Part shown: piece after piece, positions 28,133-37,805 of the stretch
Numbering within the stretch: position 1 is the stretch's first letter
Layout of the letters: every line of letters begins with the position of its first letter
Assembly: GCA_019057815.1 (NCBI GenBank)
Contig: JAHLWR010000026.1
Location: 1-48,290 of the forward strand
Direction: 5' to 3'
Length of the DNA stretch: 48,290 bases
Source of the DNA: Candidatus Heimdallarchaeota archaeon
Lineage (GTDB): Archaea > Asgardarchaeota > Heimdallarchaeia > Heimdallarchaeales > Heimdallarchaeaceae
The notes under the pieces: model-generated
Databases searched by the model: none
What the model was told of the DNA's origin: nothing
What the model saw: the letters and a program-made list of their open reading frames with translations, nothing else
Translations under genes and position numbers: made by a program

Positions 28133-30058
28133 TTGATGTCCTCTGTTTCAAAGGTGTCTATATTAGGACTTAGTAGTAAAGTTCTAAGGACATACACCTT
28201 AGGTGTTAAATTTGAAGGTGATAAAAGAACAAAGAGGACAAAAGAGATTGAAGCAAACAAACGCGTAAAAGGTTTACAAGTAAGACAAGAAGACATGATT
28301 TATAATACAAAAACCATTAATACAGCTCTAAATATCGCAAGAGAATTACCAGATAAAGACAGTAAATTTGCACCAGCCGTTATCCAAGAACACACAAAAA
28401 ACTATGCTAACATTGGGAATAGTGCATATTATCAGCTTTTCATTGCAGCTAAAGGTACCATTGATAGAGAAAAAAAAGTTTCTGATATTTTTCAATTATT
28501 ATTAAAATGGAAATCCCAAGCTTTAGAGTGGATTATTTTCGGTAGAAGTCCTAGAGTTGAAAACATTCTGACTTTTCAATGGAAAATAAAGCGAATCTAT
28601 ATCATTAATCTATTAACTAGCTCTCGAAGACAAATAGATAATTTTGTACCTCAGGAAATACACTTCAATAAAAGTCTTCCAAATCTTACTGAAAGAGAGA
28701 TCAAAAGTGCTTTCTCCAAATTCTATCAGAAAAAGTGTAAGGAGTTATCTTTAAAAAAAATGACATCTAAAGAGAAATCATTTCTTGAAAAATTAAAGCT
28801 CTTTGATAATAATCTAGATTTTATATCTTCTAACCTACATGAATGGAATAATATGGAGCATAAATCTCGTTGGCAAAGTCTCAAAAAACTTAGTAGAGGA
28901 ATAGCAAAAACATTTGGTAATGAAAGTAGAAGATTATTCTCTCCTTTAAGATCGATTATACTCTTCGCACTTTCTTCAAAATTAGAAGAAACTGTCTCTA
29001 AAATTATTAAAAATTCTGACCCAAAAAAATGTGTTTCTCCTCCATTTAAAACAAAAAAGAAAGGAAGATTGCCAATAATCCTGTTAATGAAGAAAGATTA
29101 CGTTATTGTAAGACCTGGTAATGCCAAGCAGATGACTGAACTAGTACAAAGAGATGGCAGTTTTGAACTTGGGTTTCCATTAAAAGGTTATTCTAGAATA
29201 AATGGTAATCTAGTATTTCCAAGAAAAGTAAAGGAATATATCAGAAATGGTGCTAAGATAAAATTATTGAAAATTCAACATGGAAAAGCTCCAAGTTATA
29301 AAATCTGTGTGTCTGTGGTTTTGGAAGGATCTAATTCAATGTTTATTAGTCACAAACTTACTAAAAAACTTCTGAAACCAATAAGAACAAACTCTTCAAG
29401 TGTACTAGGTTTGGATATAAATCGTCTTAGTGACTATATTCTTGCATTTTCAAATCAAATAAGAATACCTAAAGAAATTAAGATATTGATAAGAAAATAT
29501 AATCACCTGAACTCAAGAATCATTCCACAGCTTAGTTACGCTTTGAAAAACAAAGGTAGAGATAAGAATTCACATGATTACTGCAAATTGAAAGGTGAAT
29601 TAGACAGGGTTTATTCAAAAAGAAAGAAGATTTTATCTGAAATCAAGAATTTACTACCACATCTGATAGCTGCTGTGTTAATAAAAAGTGGTAGTTGTTA
29701 TCTATGCATTGAAAATCTAGATTTTGATCCTAGAGGAAAAAAGGGGGCTCTTGGGAAAGCGTTTTATTCCATGCCTGATGAAATAGACATTTTCGAAAAA
29801 GCTATATTAATTGCTACAAAAATTTCTGGAAGAATTATTCGCTTAATAAAGGTACCACCCCAAGGCACCAGCACCTATCATTTCCAATGTAGAGGAATTT
29901 TAGATAGAACCAATCATTATTATGATAAAGCTTTGTGTAAGAAATGTGGAGATTATGTTGATACTCACCACAATGCAGCTCGAAATATTAAAGATAAAGG
30001 AGAGCAACTATTGCAATCACTAAATCGTCCCTCTTCGCATGCGAGGGTTACAGAATGA
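28133..30058 (+). CDS. tnpB: large TnpB/Cas12-like RuvC protein (IS200/IS605/IS607-derived RNA-guided nuclease family)
   Basis: N-terminal 'RTYTLGV', RuvC-I 'VLGLDIN', RuvC-II 'CIENL', 'GTS', Zn-finger HxxC...CxxC, RuvC-III 'DTHHNAARNI'. 641 aa, with no transposase gene adjacent. Confidence 0.8.
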   Translation: MMSSVSKVSILGLSSKVLRTYTLGVKFEGDKRTKRTKEIEANKRVKGLQVRQEDMIYNTKTINTALNIARELPDKDSKFAPAVIQEHTKNYANIGNSAYYQLFIAAKGTIDREKKVSDIFQLLLKWKSQALEWIIFGRSPRVENILTFQWKIKRIYIINLLTSSRRQIDNFVPQEIHFNKSLPNLTEREIKSAFSKFYQKKCKELSLKKMTSKEKSFLEKLKLFDNNLDFISSNLHEWNNMEHKSRWQSLKKLSRGIAKTFGNESRRLFSPLRSIILFALSSKLEETVSKIIKNSDPKKCVSPPFKTKKKGRLPIILLMKKDYVIVRPGNAKQMTELVQRDGSFELGFPLKGYSRINGNLVFPRKVKEYIRNGAKIKLLKIQHGKAPSYKICVSVVLEGSNSMFISHKLTKKLLKPIRTNSSSVLGLDINRLSDYILAFSNQIRIPKEIKILIRKYNHLNSRIIPQLSYALKNKGRDKNSHDYCKLKGELDRVYSKRKKILSEIKNLLPHLIAAVLIKSGSCYLCIENLDFDPRGKKGALGKAFYSMPDEIDIFEKAILIATKISGRIIRLIKVPPQGTSTYHFQCRGILDRTNHYYDKALCKKCGDYVDTHHNAARNIKDKGEQLLQSLNRPSSHARVTE

Positions 30059-30165
30059 AATCTGTCAAGTTGTAAAACTTCATAGCATGTGTGCTGTTTA
30101 GAGGACCTTACTGTCCTAAATGAAACTCTTCTGACTTAGGGATCATTATTTACATTATTAATAAA
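30025..30165 (+). ncRNA. putative omegaRNA/reRNA overlapping the 3' end of the TnpB-like gene
   Basis: Consecutive hairpins CCCTC..GAGGG (30029-30047), ACAGA..TCTGT, AAGTT..AACTT, AGCA..TGCT, AGGAC..GTCCT. Possible long-range TCCCT/AGGGA pairing (30028/30142). The position is typical of TnpB RNAs; boundaries are approximate. Confidence 0.55.
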
Positions 30166-30305
30166 CGAAAATATATGGTTTTCTTATTCTCCATTTTTGC
30201 AGTATAATGATATTTGTTTCTCACTAACTGAATAATACCAAGCTTGCTGTTTAGTGGACATTATTATAAGGGAGTGCTTGCCTTACACAGTTTCTAACTA
30301 GTTTA

Positions 30306-31306
30306 ATGGCAATATATTTAGCATATCAGTACACATCAGATTATGTGAAGAAGTTATACATTATCATTGTTTCAATAATCATTCTAGCCTCTCTAATTAG
30401 CCCAGTTCTCTATTTTGTCTTAAAACCCGAGCTGATTCCAATTGTACAACCATCTTTCTTAATTAATGATAGAGAAATTAATGATTTCACGTATCAACTT
30501 CAAGATATAGATATTGACGAGATAGGTAATTCAAAATATGATCTTCTCATTATCGATTATTCCTCTGATGGGTCAGAAGAAGGTGAGTATCCCATTTCTG
30601 ATTTACAGCTCATGAAAGAACCAGAAGACAAACTTCTTCTGAGTTACTTGAGTATTGGAGAAGCTGAAACATATCGTTTTTATTGGGATGAAGTTTGGGA
30701 TTCGAATAATGATGGTATCCCTGATCCTTCTGCTCCTGAGTGGTTAGATGTGGAGAATCCTGAATGGGCTGGTAATTTCAAAGTCAAATATTGGATTAAG
30801 GAGTGGCAGAACATTATATTTGGTTCTAATGATAGTTACTTGGATAGAATAATCAATAATGGTTTTGATGGTTGTTATCTTGATATAATCGATGCATATG
30901 AGTACTATCAAGATTCATTTCCAGAATCTAAACAAGAAATGATGAATTTTGTGGGTAATCTAAGTCTATATACCAAGGCAAAAAAAGTGATTTTTTAGTA
31001 TTTGTTCAAAACAGTGAACAATTGTTAGATAATTCAAATTATATAGATTCAATAGATGGAATAGGAAGAGAAGATGTTTATTACTATGACAATAGTAAAA
31101 ATAATCAAGAAGAAATCGAGGAGATTAAATCTTATCTCGACATAATGTTGTCAGCTGGAAAACCAGTTTTGATAGTAGATTATCCAACCAGAAACTCAAG
31201 AATCTATGATGTTTATCAAAGAGCTTCTGGCGATGGTTTTCTTGCATATGTTGGTCCAAGAGATTTACATAAACTTCGTTATTACGATTTTGCACTTCCG
31301 GATTAG
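30306..31306 (+). pseudogene. MJ1477/TM1410-like membrane-anchored glycoside hydrolase split by a frameshift (ORFs 30306-30998 and 31022-31306)
   Basis: 'YQLQ', 'SYLSIGEAETYR.YW', 'ENPEW.GN', 'GFDG.YLD', then 'QN', 'GIGRED' in the -1 frame. The break is at the A7 run 30980-30986. Likely start is the GTG near 30345. Confidence 0.8.
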
Positions 31307-31386
31307 ATTTGTTTTAGATATCAGTTGGACCTTTTCTGATGATTTCTCTTAATTCTTCTATGTTCACTCTCCAATCGCTATTGTTT

Positions 31387-31779
31387 CTATCCAGTTACTG
31401 AAATATGACCTTGAACTATTTTCCATTTACCTTCAATCTCCCTTAAAACACCAGTTAACCTTGCAGGAATACTTCTCCACTCACCTTCAATTTTTACTTT
31501 AACGTTAACCTCAGCAGCAATCCAAGCGATTATACCATGTGAGTTTATTGTTAACCAGTCATATGTAAGAGAAATCTCTCCATGTCTTTCCTTGTCTTCT
31601 GCTGGTGCATTTTTGTACTCTTCCCATCCTAACCATTTTTCACCTGTACCAAACATTACAAGATTTTCATCTTGTAAAAAAAGGTTAAGATATCTGTCTA
31701 GGTCATCTTTAGGATAAGCTTCTACAAATTCTTTAAAAAATGCTTTTACTTCTGCTTCAACTCGTGGATCATTAATCAT
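31387..31779 (-). CDS. NTF2/SnoaL-like protein
   Basis: 'GTGEKW.G', 'R.TGVL....G.WKIVQGHIS'. GAGG RBS upstream. Confidence 0.85.
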   Translation of the reverse strand: MINDPRVEAEVKAFFKEFVEAYPKDDLDRYLNLFLQDENLVMFGTGEKWLGWEEYKNAPAEDKERHGEISLTYDWLTINSHGIIAWIAAEVNVKVKIEGEWRSIPARLTGVLREIEGKWKIVQGHISVTG

Positions 31780-31972
31780 AAGATTACCTCCTCATAAGGG
31801 ATACTTGAAAGGAGTTATTAAATTTTTATGAGATAAATTGAATCTTCAGTTAAATAGATTTGAATCTAAAAGGTCAGTAAAATATACATATCAATGGTTA
31901 AGAAAAACTGGATCAGAAAGTGTAATCTGATTTGTCATATTTTAAATACTACTTTGAATATTTAATTCTAGT

Positions 31973-32959
31973 ATGGGTACTGTAGTTGAGTGCAAGAACC
32001 TAACAAAAAAATTTGGTGATTTTCAAGCAATTGATAATGTTTCATTTACAGTCGAAGAGGGTGAGCTTTTCACACTTCTTGGTCCAAATGGAGCAGGCAA
32101 AACCACCATTGTGAAGATACTCACAGGACAACTAAGTGCTACTTCTGGAAGAGCCGAAGTGCTAGGCGTTAATATTAGTGAGATATTGAAAAGTGATATG
32201 AAATACAAATTAAGTTATGTTCCACAAGAACATCTAGTTTGGGACGATTTAACTGTTCAAGAGAATGTATCACTGATGGGTAAGTTATATGGTTTAAAAA
32301 AGGTTGAACTTCAAAAAAAAGTTTCAAAAATGATTGAAAACTTTGGTCTGAAAGGGCATGAGAAAAAACGTGCAGATAAGTTGTCAGGAGGTATGAAGAG
32401 AAAATTAAGCATAATTATGGCATTGATGAATGATCCATTACTACTGTTTTTAGACGAACCAACTACAGGATTAGATGTCCATGCACGAACATTACTTATG
32501 GAAGACTTGAAGCGATTAAAGAATGCAGGAACAACGATAATCTTAACCACACATCTAATGGAAGAAGCTGAAGCTCTTTCTAGCCGCGTTTTAATCATAA
32601 ATAAAGGTAAAATTGTGTCTATGGGTACGGTTGAAGAGCTGATACAGAGTTATGTAGGAGAAAAGGTGCTTCAAGTAGGGCTTACAAAAGATTCAGATGA
32701 TTTTGAACGGTTCCTCAAAACGAAGAAGAAAGAAAATGCTGAATTGGATTATATTAGAATAAAAGATACTTTTTTTGTAAAAAGTGATGAAATCACAAGA
32801 TTGATGGATGAAATCATGAAAATTGAAGCGATTATGGGCGATATAATGGAGATGAATATTAAAAAAGGAGGTTTGAAAGAATCATTCCTCTTTATGACGA
32901 GGGAATTGTATGATAATTCTACTGTTATTGTCGAAACGAAGGAGAGTGAAGAAAAATGA
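31973..32959 (+). CDS. ABC exporter ATP-binding subunit
   Basis: 'GPNGAGKT', 'LSGGMKRK', 'FLDEPT', 'TTH'. Confidence 0.95.
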   Translation: MGTVVECKNLTKKFGDFQAIDNVSFTVEEGELFTLLGPNGAGKTTIVKILTGQLSATSGRAEVLGVNISEILKSDMKYKLSYVPQEHLVWDDLTVQENVSLMGKLYGLKKVELQKKVSKMIENFGLKGHEKKRADKLSGGMKRKLSIIMALMNDPLLLFLDEPTTGLDVHARTLLMEDLKRLKNAGTTIILTTHLMEEAEALSSRVLIINKGKIVSMGTVEELIQSYVGEKVLQVGLTKDSDDFERFLKTKKKENAELDYIRIKDTFFVKSDEITRLMDEIMKIEAIMGDIMEMNIKKGGLKESFLFMTRELYDNSTVIVETKESEEK

Positions 32960-34365
32960 TAGTGTTTGATTTAGCCTTTATAAGAATAAAACAAGTGATT
33001 AGGTCAAAGGAATTTTACTTTTATGTAATAGGATTTCCTCTTTTCTTCATGATTTTATTTGGTTTTATTAGTAGAAGTTGGGCTCCCGCTGTTACAACAC
33101 TTGATATTGGTCTCTACACAGCAGATAATCCAATTGTAGATCCAATTACAGACGAAATGCTAGCAATGGGTAATCTGTTTACATCTGTACTCTCTGATTA
33201 TAAGAGTGAAAGTGGCATTAAAATTTTCTCTACTATTTCTTATGCTGAATTGGAAAAAATGGATACTGATATCCGGAATCTGGTCATCTATGGTGGGGTA
33301 GAGATTCCTTCTGATTTTTCTTCTCAAGCGAGTAATATGACGAGGTATTATGCATCGTTAATATTAATTCAACAACTTACAGCTGAGTTTGAGAATTATC
33401 CCAGCGAAACTGTCAATATCTCTAATGCCATAAACCAGCTCTCAGTTTACTTAAATAGTTCAGCAAATCTTGTTCTGAATTTTCATGGGGATGTTACTCT
33501 GCAAGACACAATGCAATCATACACATATTTATGGCAAATAATGAGTGAGTTCATTTCAAACCATTCAATAATTCACGCTAATTCTATTTGGACGATATTA
33601 CAACAAAACTATAGTTTTTCGTTTGACTTAAATCTAACTAGTGATATATCTTCTAGTAGTTCTGTAAGTTTTGATGTTCAATTAGTTAGCTCTAGTACTG
33701 GGGATGCAATTGAGGATTTTCAACGTGAATTTTATTCTAAACTTCTTCCTGGAAATATCATCAGTACTATACTACTGTCATCAGTTAGTGCTATTTGGAT
33801 TCTAGACCAAGAAAATAAAACAGGATTATTAAAAAGATTGAAACTTACTAAATTAAGCTCTGTCCAGTACTTAGGTAGTATATTGTTAGCATGGTCTACC
33901 ATTGCCATACTGCAAGGAATCTTTATGCTGACATTTGCTGCAATGCTTGGTTTCATTAGTTTCTCATTGAATCCCCTTGTCTGGTTAATGATGATAGCAA
34001 CTATGGCATTACTAGGTATAATTAGTGCAACTATAGCTCTTATAATAGGTTCATTTATTCAGGCAAGAATTGCAGCTCCTATTCTTATTCTCTTTGGTTC
34101 CACTTTACATATGTTTGTTGCAGAATTCTTTATCACGATTAAACCTATTTTTTCGTTTGCTGGTAAAAATTTCTCGTGGCTTGATGCTACTCCTTTCAGA
34201 TCAGCTTTTCTCGTTATGAAAAATGGAATAATGCTCGAATCATCTAGTGAAATAACTGGTTTGTTGTTTGATTTCCTACTTCTAGTCATTTGGACAATTG
34301 TATTATTTGTGATAGGTGCAATAATCTTTAACAAGTATAAATTAAAATATGCAGAAAAAGAGTGA
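32956..34365 (+). CDS. ABC-2 type permease
   Basis: N-terminal TM helix, large extracellular loop, five to six C-terminal TM helices, 'E...GLLKRL'. ATGA overlap with the ATPase. Confidence 0.85.
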   Translation: MIVFDLAFIRIKQVIRSKEFYFYVIGFPLFFMILFGFISRSWAPAVTTLDIGLYTADNPIVDPITDEMLAMGNLFTSVLSDYKSESGIKIFSTISYAELEKMDTDIRNLVIYGGVEIPSDFSSQASNMTRYYASLILIQQLTAEFENYPSETVNISNAINQLSVYLNSSANLVLNFHGDVTLQDTMQSYTYLWQIMSEFISNHSIIHANSIWTILQQNYSFSFDLNLTSDISSSSSVSFDVQLVSSSTGDAIEDFQREFYSKLLPGNIISTILLSSVSAIWILDQENKTGLLKRLKLTKLSSVQYLGSILLAWSTIAILQGIFMLTFAAMLGFISFSLNPLVWLMMIATMALLGIISATIALIIGSFIQARIAAPILILFGSTLHMFVAEFFITIKPIFSFAGKNFSWLDATPFRSAFLVMKNGIMLESSSEITGLLFDFLLLVIWTIVLFVIGAIIFNKYKLKYAEKE

Positions 34366-34485
34366 AAAATTATTCGCTTTTCTTTTTTTATCTTTTTATC
34401 TCCTAAATTACAATTGTATTAAGATTTAAATTCTTGTTGTTGAAATAAAATAAAAAAAGAGGGTTGTAATAGGTAATTAAGTAGT

Positions 34486-36150
34486 TTACCTTATCTCTTC
34501 ATATAGTTGAATTAAACGATTTTGAACTGCTTCCTCTCTATATTCTGGTAATAAAATTGGCGCATATTTTTTATCCTTTATGTTTAGTGCATCTAATGCA
34601 GTAACCGTCTTTTTTAAGTGGTTTAGAGTCAAGTTTCCTTTAGCTATCTGTTTTTTGTATTCTTTTGCAGCCGTTATCCCTGCTCTTCTTCCAAAAACAT
34701 TGATTTCCAGTAATGAATTGCCCATAAGACGGTTCTTACCATGTACTCCTCCAGAGATTTCTCCAGCAGCAAGTAGACCTTTGAGGGAAGTGTAACAGTT
34801 CTTATTGTGGATAACTCCTCCGTTTTGGTAATGTAGTGCTGGATACACAAGAATTGGATCTTCAGTAATGTCAATATCGAATCTTTGGAACATTCTATAC
34901 ATTGCGCTTAAATCTCTTTGAATGGTTCCTTTTCCTTTGATTTCTTCAATTATAGGGCTATCAAGCCACACTCCGCGCATTCCAGAAGGTGTTTCTATAT
35001 AATTCTCTGTTGATATGCAGCAACGAATTAGAGCTGAAGCTTCGACATCTCTAGGTTCGAGAGGATAACAAAGTTGTTCTCCATCATAGCCGAGTACTTG
35101 ACCTCCTAAACTCCTGACTTTCTCTGTCACAAGCAATCCTATAATTTGTTCAGGAAAAGCTGCTCCTGTTGGATGGAACTGAGTACTATCTAGGTGTTTA
35201 AGTTGAGCACCCGCACGGTATGCCATCAAGACTCCATCCATTGTTGCACCATAATGGTTAGTAGTAGGGAATCCTGCAACGTGTAGTCTGCCAAAACCCC
35301 CAGTTGTAAGAACAGTAATTTTTGCTCGGACAACGAAGTATTGTTTGGTTTCAAGATGATACAGTAACGCACCAGTTATTTTACCTTTTTCATCCGTTAA
35401 AAGTTCAATAGCTGGCATGAATTCTAGAACAGGGATAGATAAATCTCTGAATTCGTCTCTTAATGTTCTAAAAATTTCCATACCTGTATAATCTTTCGTA
35501 GCATGCATTCTATTTCTTGATGTTCCACCACCAGGATTTTCTACAAAACTTCCATCTTCGTTTAGATCATACATTGTTCCTATGTCTTTGTGCCATTTGA
35601 TTATTGCTGGAGCATCTTCTGTTAAGGCTCTTGCAAGTTCTGGTTCATTCGTGAAGTGACCTCCTCCCATTACATCCAAGTAGTGTATTAGTGGTGAGTC
35701 TTCAGATCGATCAGCAGCTTGTATTCCTCCTTGAGCCATGATTGTATTACAATCCCCATGTCTCAATTTTGTAACAACAAGTATTTGATTTTCAGGCACT
35801 CCCGAATATTTTGCCCATAAAGCAGCTGATGTTCCTGCTCCTCCAGCACCAATAATGAGAACCCCAACATCATAGTCAACTTTTGATAAATCTATAGTAT
35901 CTGGACTAACTGTTGGATAGGCGTTTAGAATCGATGCTACTTCTATAGGTACTATATCTCCCTTGTTTGATCCCCAAGCGATATTCTCTTTTGTTTCTTT
36001 TTTATAATCAGGGTGAAAACTCTTCAATACTTTATCTCTTTCCTCAAGAGTCATATCTGCTATTACTTCATCTATTCGTTTCGAACGTGTTTTGTTTACA
36101 TTATCTATGCTTTTACGCATTGTTTCTGGATATCCTCTAATAAACTTCAT
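34486..36150 (-). CDS. succinate dehydrogenase/fumarate reductase-type flavoprotein subunit
   Basis: 'IGAGGAG', 'MAQGG', 'QFHPT', 'TEKVR..G', 'PRD', 'HYQNGG', 'HGKNRLMGNS'. Confidence 0.88.
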   Translation of the reverse strand: MKFIRGYPETMRKSIDNVNKTRSKRIDEVIADMTLEERDKVLKSFHPDYKKETKENIAWGSNKGDIVPIEVASILNAYPTVSPDTIDLSKVDYDVGVLIIGAGGAGTSAALWAKYSGVPENQILVVTKLRHGDCNTIMAQGGIQAADRSEDSPLIHYLDVMGGGHFTNEPELARALTEDAPAIIKWHKDIGTMYDLNEDGSFVENPGGGTSRNRMHATKDYTGMEIFRTLRDEFRDLSIPVLEFMPAIELLTDEKGKITGALLYHLETKQYFVVRAKITVLTTGGFGRLHVAGFPTTNHYGATMDGVLMAYRAGAQLKHLDSTQFHPTGAAFPEQIIGLLVTEKVRSLGGQVLGYDGEQLCYPLEPRDVEASALIRCCISTENYIETPSGMRGVWLDSPIIEEIKGKGTIQRDLSAMYRMFQRFDIDITEDPILVYPALHYQNGGVIHNKNCYTSLKGLLAAGEISGGVHGKNRLMGNSLLEINVFGRRAGITAAKEYKKQIAKGNLTLNHLKKTVTALDALNIKDKKYAPILLPEYREEAVQNRLIQLYEEIR

Positions 36151-36156
36151 AATACG

Positions 36157-36882
36157 TCACTTCTTTTTTTGATCAATAAAATCCCTAGCTTTGTATTTTT
36201 CTACAATCTCATCGTGGGACATGGACATAAACTCCTTGAAACCTTCTTCAAAAACACCATCTTCAATCTCTTTTACTCTCTTATCAAGTGTTTCAGGATA
36301 TTTTTGTATATATTTTCCATACAACCTTCGAACTAATTCTGCTACATGATATTGCGGTATCTCTGCTGGACACCTTATTGCACAAAGACCACAGCTTACA
36401 CAGTCAAAACTTGCTTCTGTGGCTTTTTCGATCTGTCCCTGCAGTGCATATTGAACATAATCCATTACTGATAAATCTTGAGGACAAACTTTACTACATG
36501 CGTTACAGCTTAAACAACGTGCTACTTCGGGATAATAGCGAAGTATCGTTTCAGCTGATGGAGATAAATCCTTGATATTGTATTTTACCTTTTCAGCAGG
36601 AACAAAGGGTAATTGCGTTAAATACATCCCATCTTCTACCATCGTTTGACAAGCTAGAGCTGTATAAATCCGATAATCACCTTCTTTCCTATATATTGTC
36701 GCACATGCTCCACAGAAACCAGCTCGACACCCAGCTCCTCTTGTTAATTTGTAACCTGCATATTCAATAGCTTTCATTATAGTTAAGGAAGCTGGAACAT
36801 CCTTTGCTTCTCCCATTATGTATATTCTTACTGTTGGGGAGACATTATCCTTTGGTTTTGAGTTCGCTTTAGCTTTTGACAT
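36157..36882 (-). CDS. SdhB/FrdB-like iron-sulfur subunit
   Basis: 2Fe-2S motif 'GCRAGFCGAC...AC' plus two CxxCxxCxxxCP motifs. Confidence 0.85.
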   Translation of the reverse strand: MSKAKANSKPKDNVSPTVRIYIMGEAKDVPASLTIMKAIEYAGYKLTRGAGCRAGFCGACATIYRKEGDYRIYTALACQTMVEDGMYLTQLPFVPAEKVKYNIKDLSPSAETILRYYPEVARCLSCNACSKVCPQDLSVMDYVQYALQGQIEKATEASFDCVSCGLCAIRCPAEIPQYHVAELVRRLYGKYIQKYPETLDKRVKEIEDGVFEEGFKEFMSMSHDEIVEKYKARDFIDQKKK

Positions 36883-36893
36883 TTTTTAACCCT

Positions 36894-37805
36894 CTATATT
36901 AGTTTTAATTTTTTTAATAATTTCTTTGGATTAATATGATGTTCTTCAAAATGATTAATATTAATTGGTTCTCCCATTGCTATAGCCATTAATTGGGTAA
37001 AATAAAATATAGGGAGCAATTCTTTATCTTGACCTTGTTTTTCCATTAATTTTTGTTGAGCATCTAAATTGTAGGCACACAATGGACATGCTACAACAAC
37101 TGCATTTGCACCACTTTGTTTTGCTGATTGTATTATTTTCTGTACTTGAGTGTTGACTATATCTTCTTGGTCTACAATATGATATGAACCACAACAATAT
37201 TTGAAGAGTGGAGAGAAAATAATCTCAGCTCCAAGAGATTCGGAAAGATCTTCAAGAACGGCTGGCATCTCTTCATCATCAATTTTTGCTTCATCTGGAT
37301 GTAGCAACATGCAACCGTAATAACAAAAAACCTTTAACCCTTTAAGTGGTTTTTTAACATTTTTTTCTATTTTTTCATATCCAACGCTATCTCTGAGAAT
37401 TTCAAGAAAATGTTTTACTTCCATATCCTTCTTGTATTCTTCTTCATCGAATTCAAGTTGGAAGTTGATTGGTTCAAGTTTACTCTCATCGTTTTTGATA
37501 TCTTTGTTAACAACTTTTAATGTAGAATTACACATTGAACAAAGAGTAACAACCTCTTTAGGAGAATTTTCTAGCATTTCAACGTGTTTGGATGATCTTG
37601 ATAGAATTCTTGTAGGTGCTATCCTTTTCATTAGATTATCTGAGACCAATGTATGCACTGTCCCACAGCAGTTCCAATTAGGCATCTCAACTAATTCTGC
37701 ATCCAATTGTTTAGAGACTGCTAAGGCTGATTTCTCAAAGCCTTTGGCGTTTGTCTTTAAATTACAACCTGGGAAATATGAATATTGAACCATTTGTCTC
37801 TTCAT
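36894..37805 (-). CDS. hdrB: heterodisulfide reductase subunit B-like
   Basis: Two CCG domains: 'YFPGC', 'WNCCG', 'YYGC', 'CCG', 'ACPLC..NLD'. Confidence 0.9.
   Translation of the reverse strand: MKRQMVQYSYFPGCNLKTNAKGFEKSALAVSKQLDAELVEMPNWNCCGTVHTLVSDNLMKRIAPTRILSRSSKHVEMLENSPKEVVTLCSMCNSTLKVVNKDIKNDESKLEPINFQLEFDEEEYKKDMEVKHFLEILRDSVGYEKIEKNVKKPLKGLKVFCYYGCMLLHPDEAKIDDEEMPAVLEDLSESLGAEIIFSPLFKYCCGSYHIVDQEDIVNTQVQKIIQSAKQSGANAVVVACPLCAYNLDAQQKLMEKQGQDKELLPIFYFTQLMAIAMGEPININHFEEHHINPKKLLKKLKLI

Noticed and set aside
28049-30206. Terminal inverted repeats around tnpB (TACTGAAAATGGAAGAA vs reverse complement near 30185-30205)
   Set aside because: The match needs several gaps in AT-rich DNA and there is no target duplication.
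30060-30300. CRISPR array next to the Cas12-like gene
   Set aside because: Only two imperfect 19-nt copies 153 bp apart, with no regular repeat-spacer periodicity.
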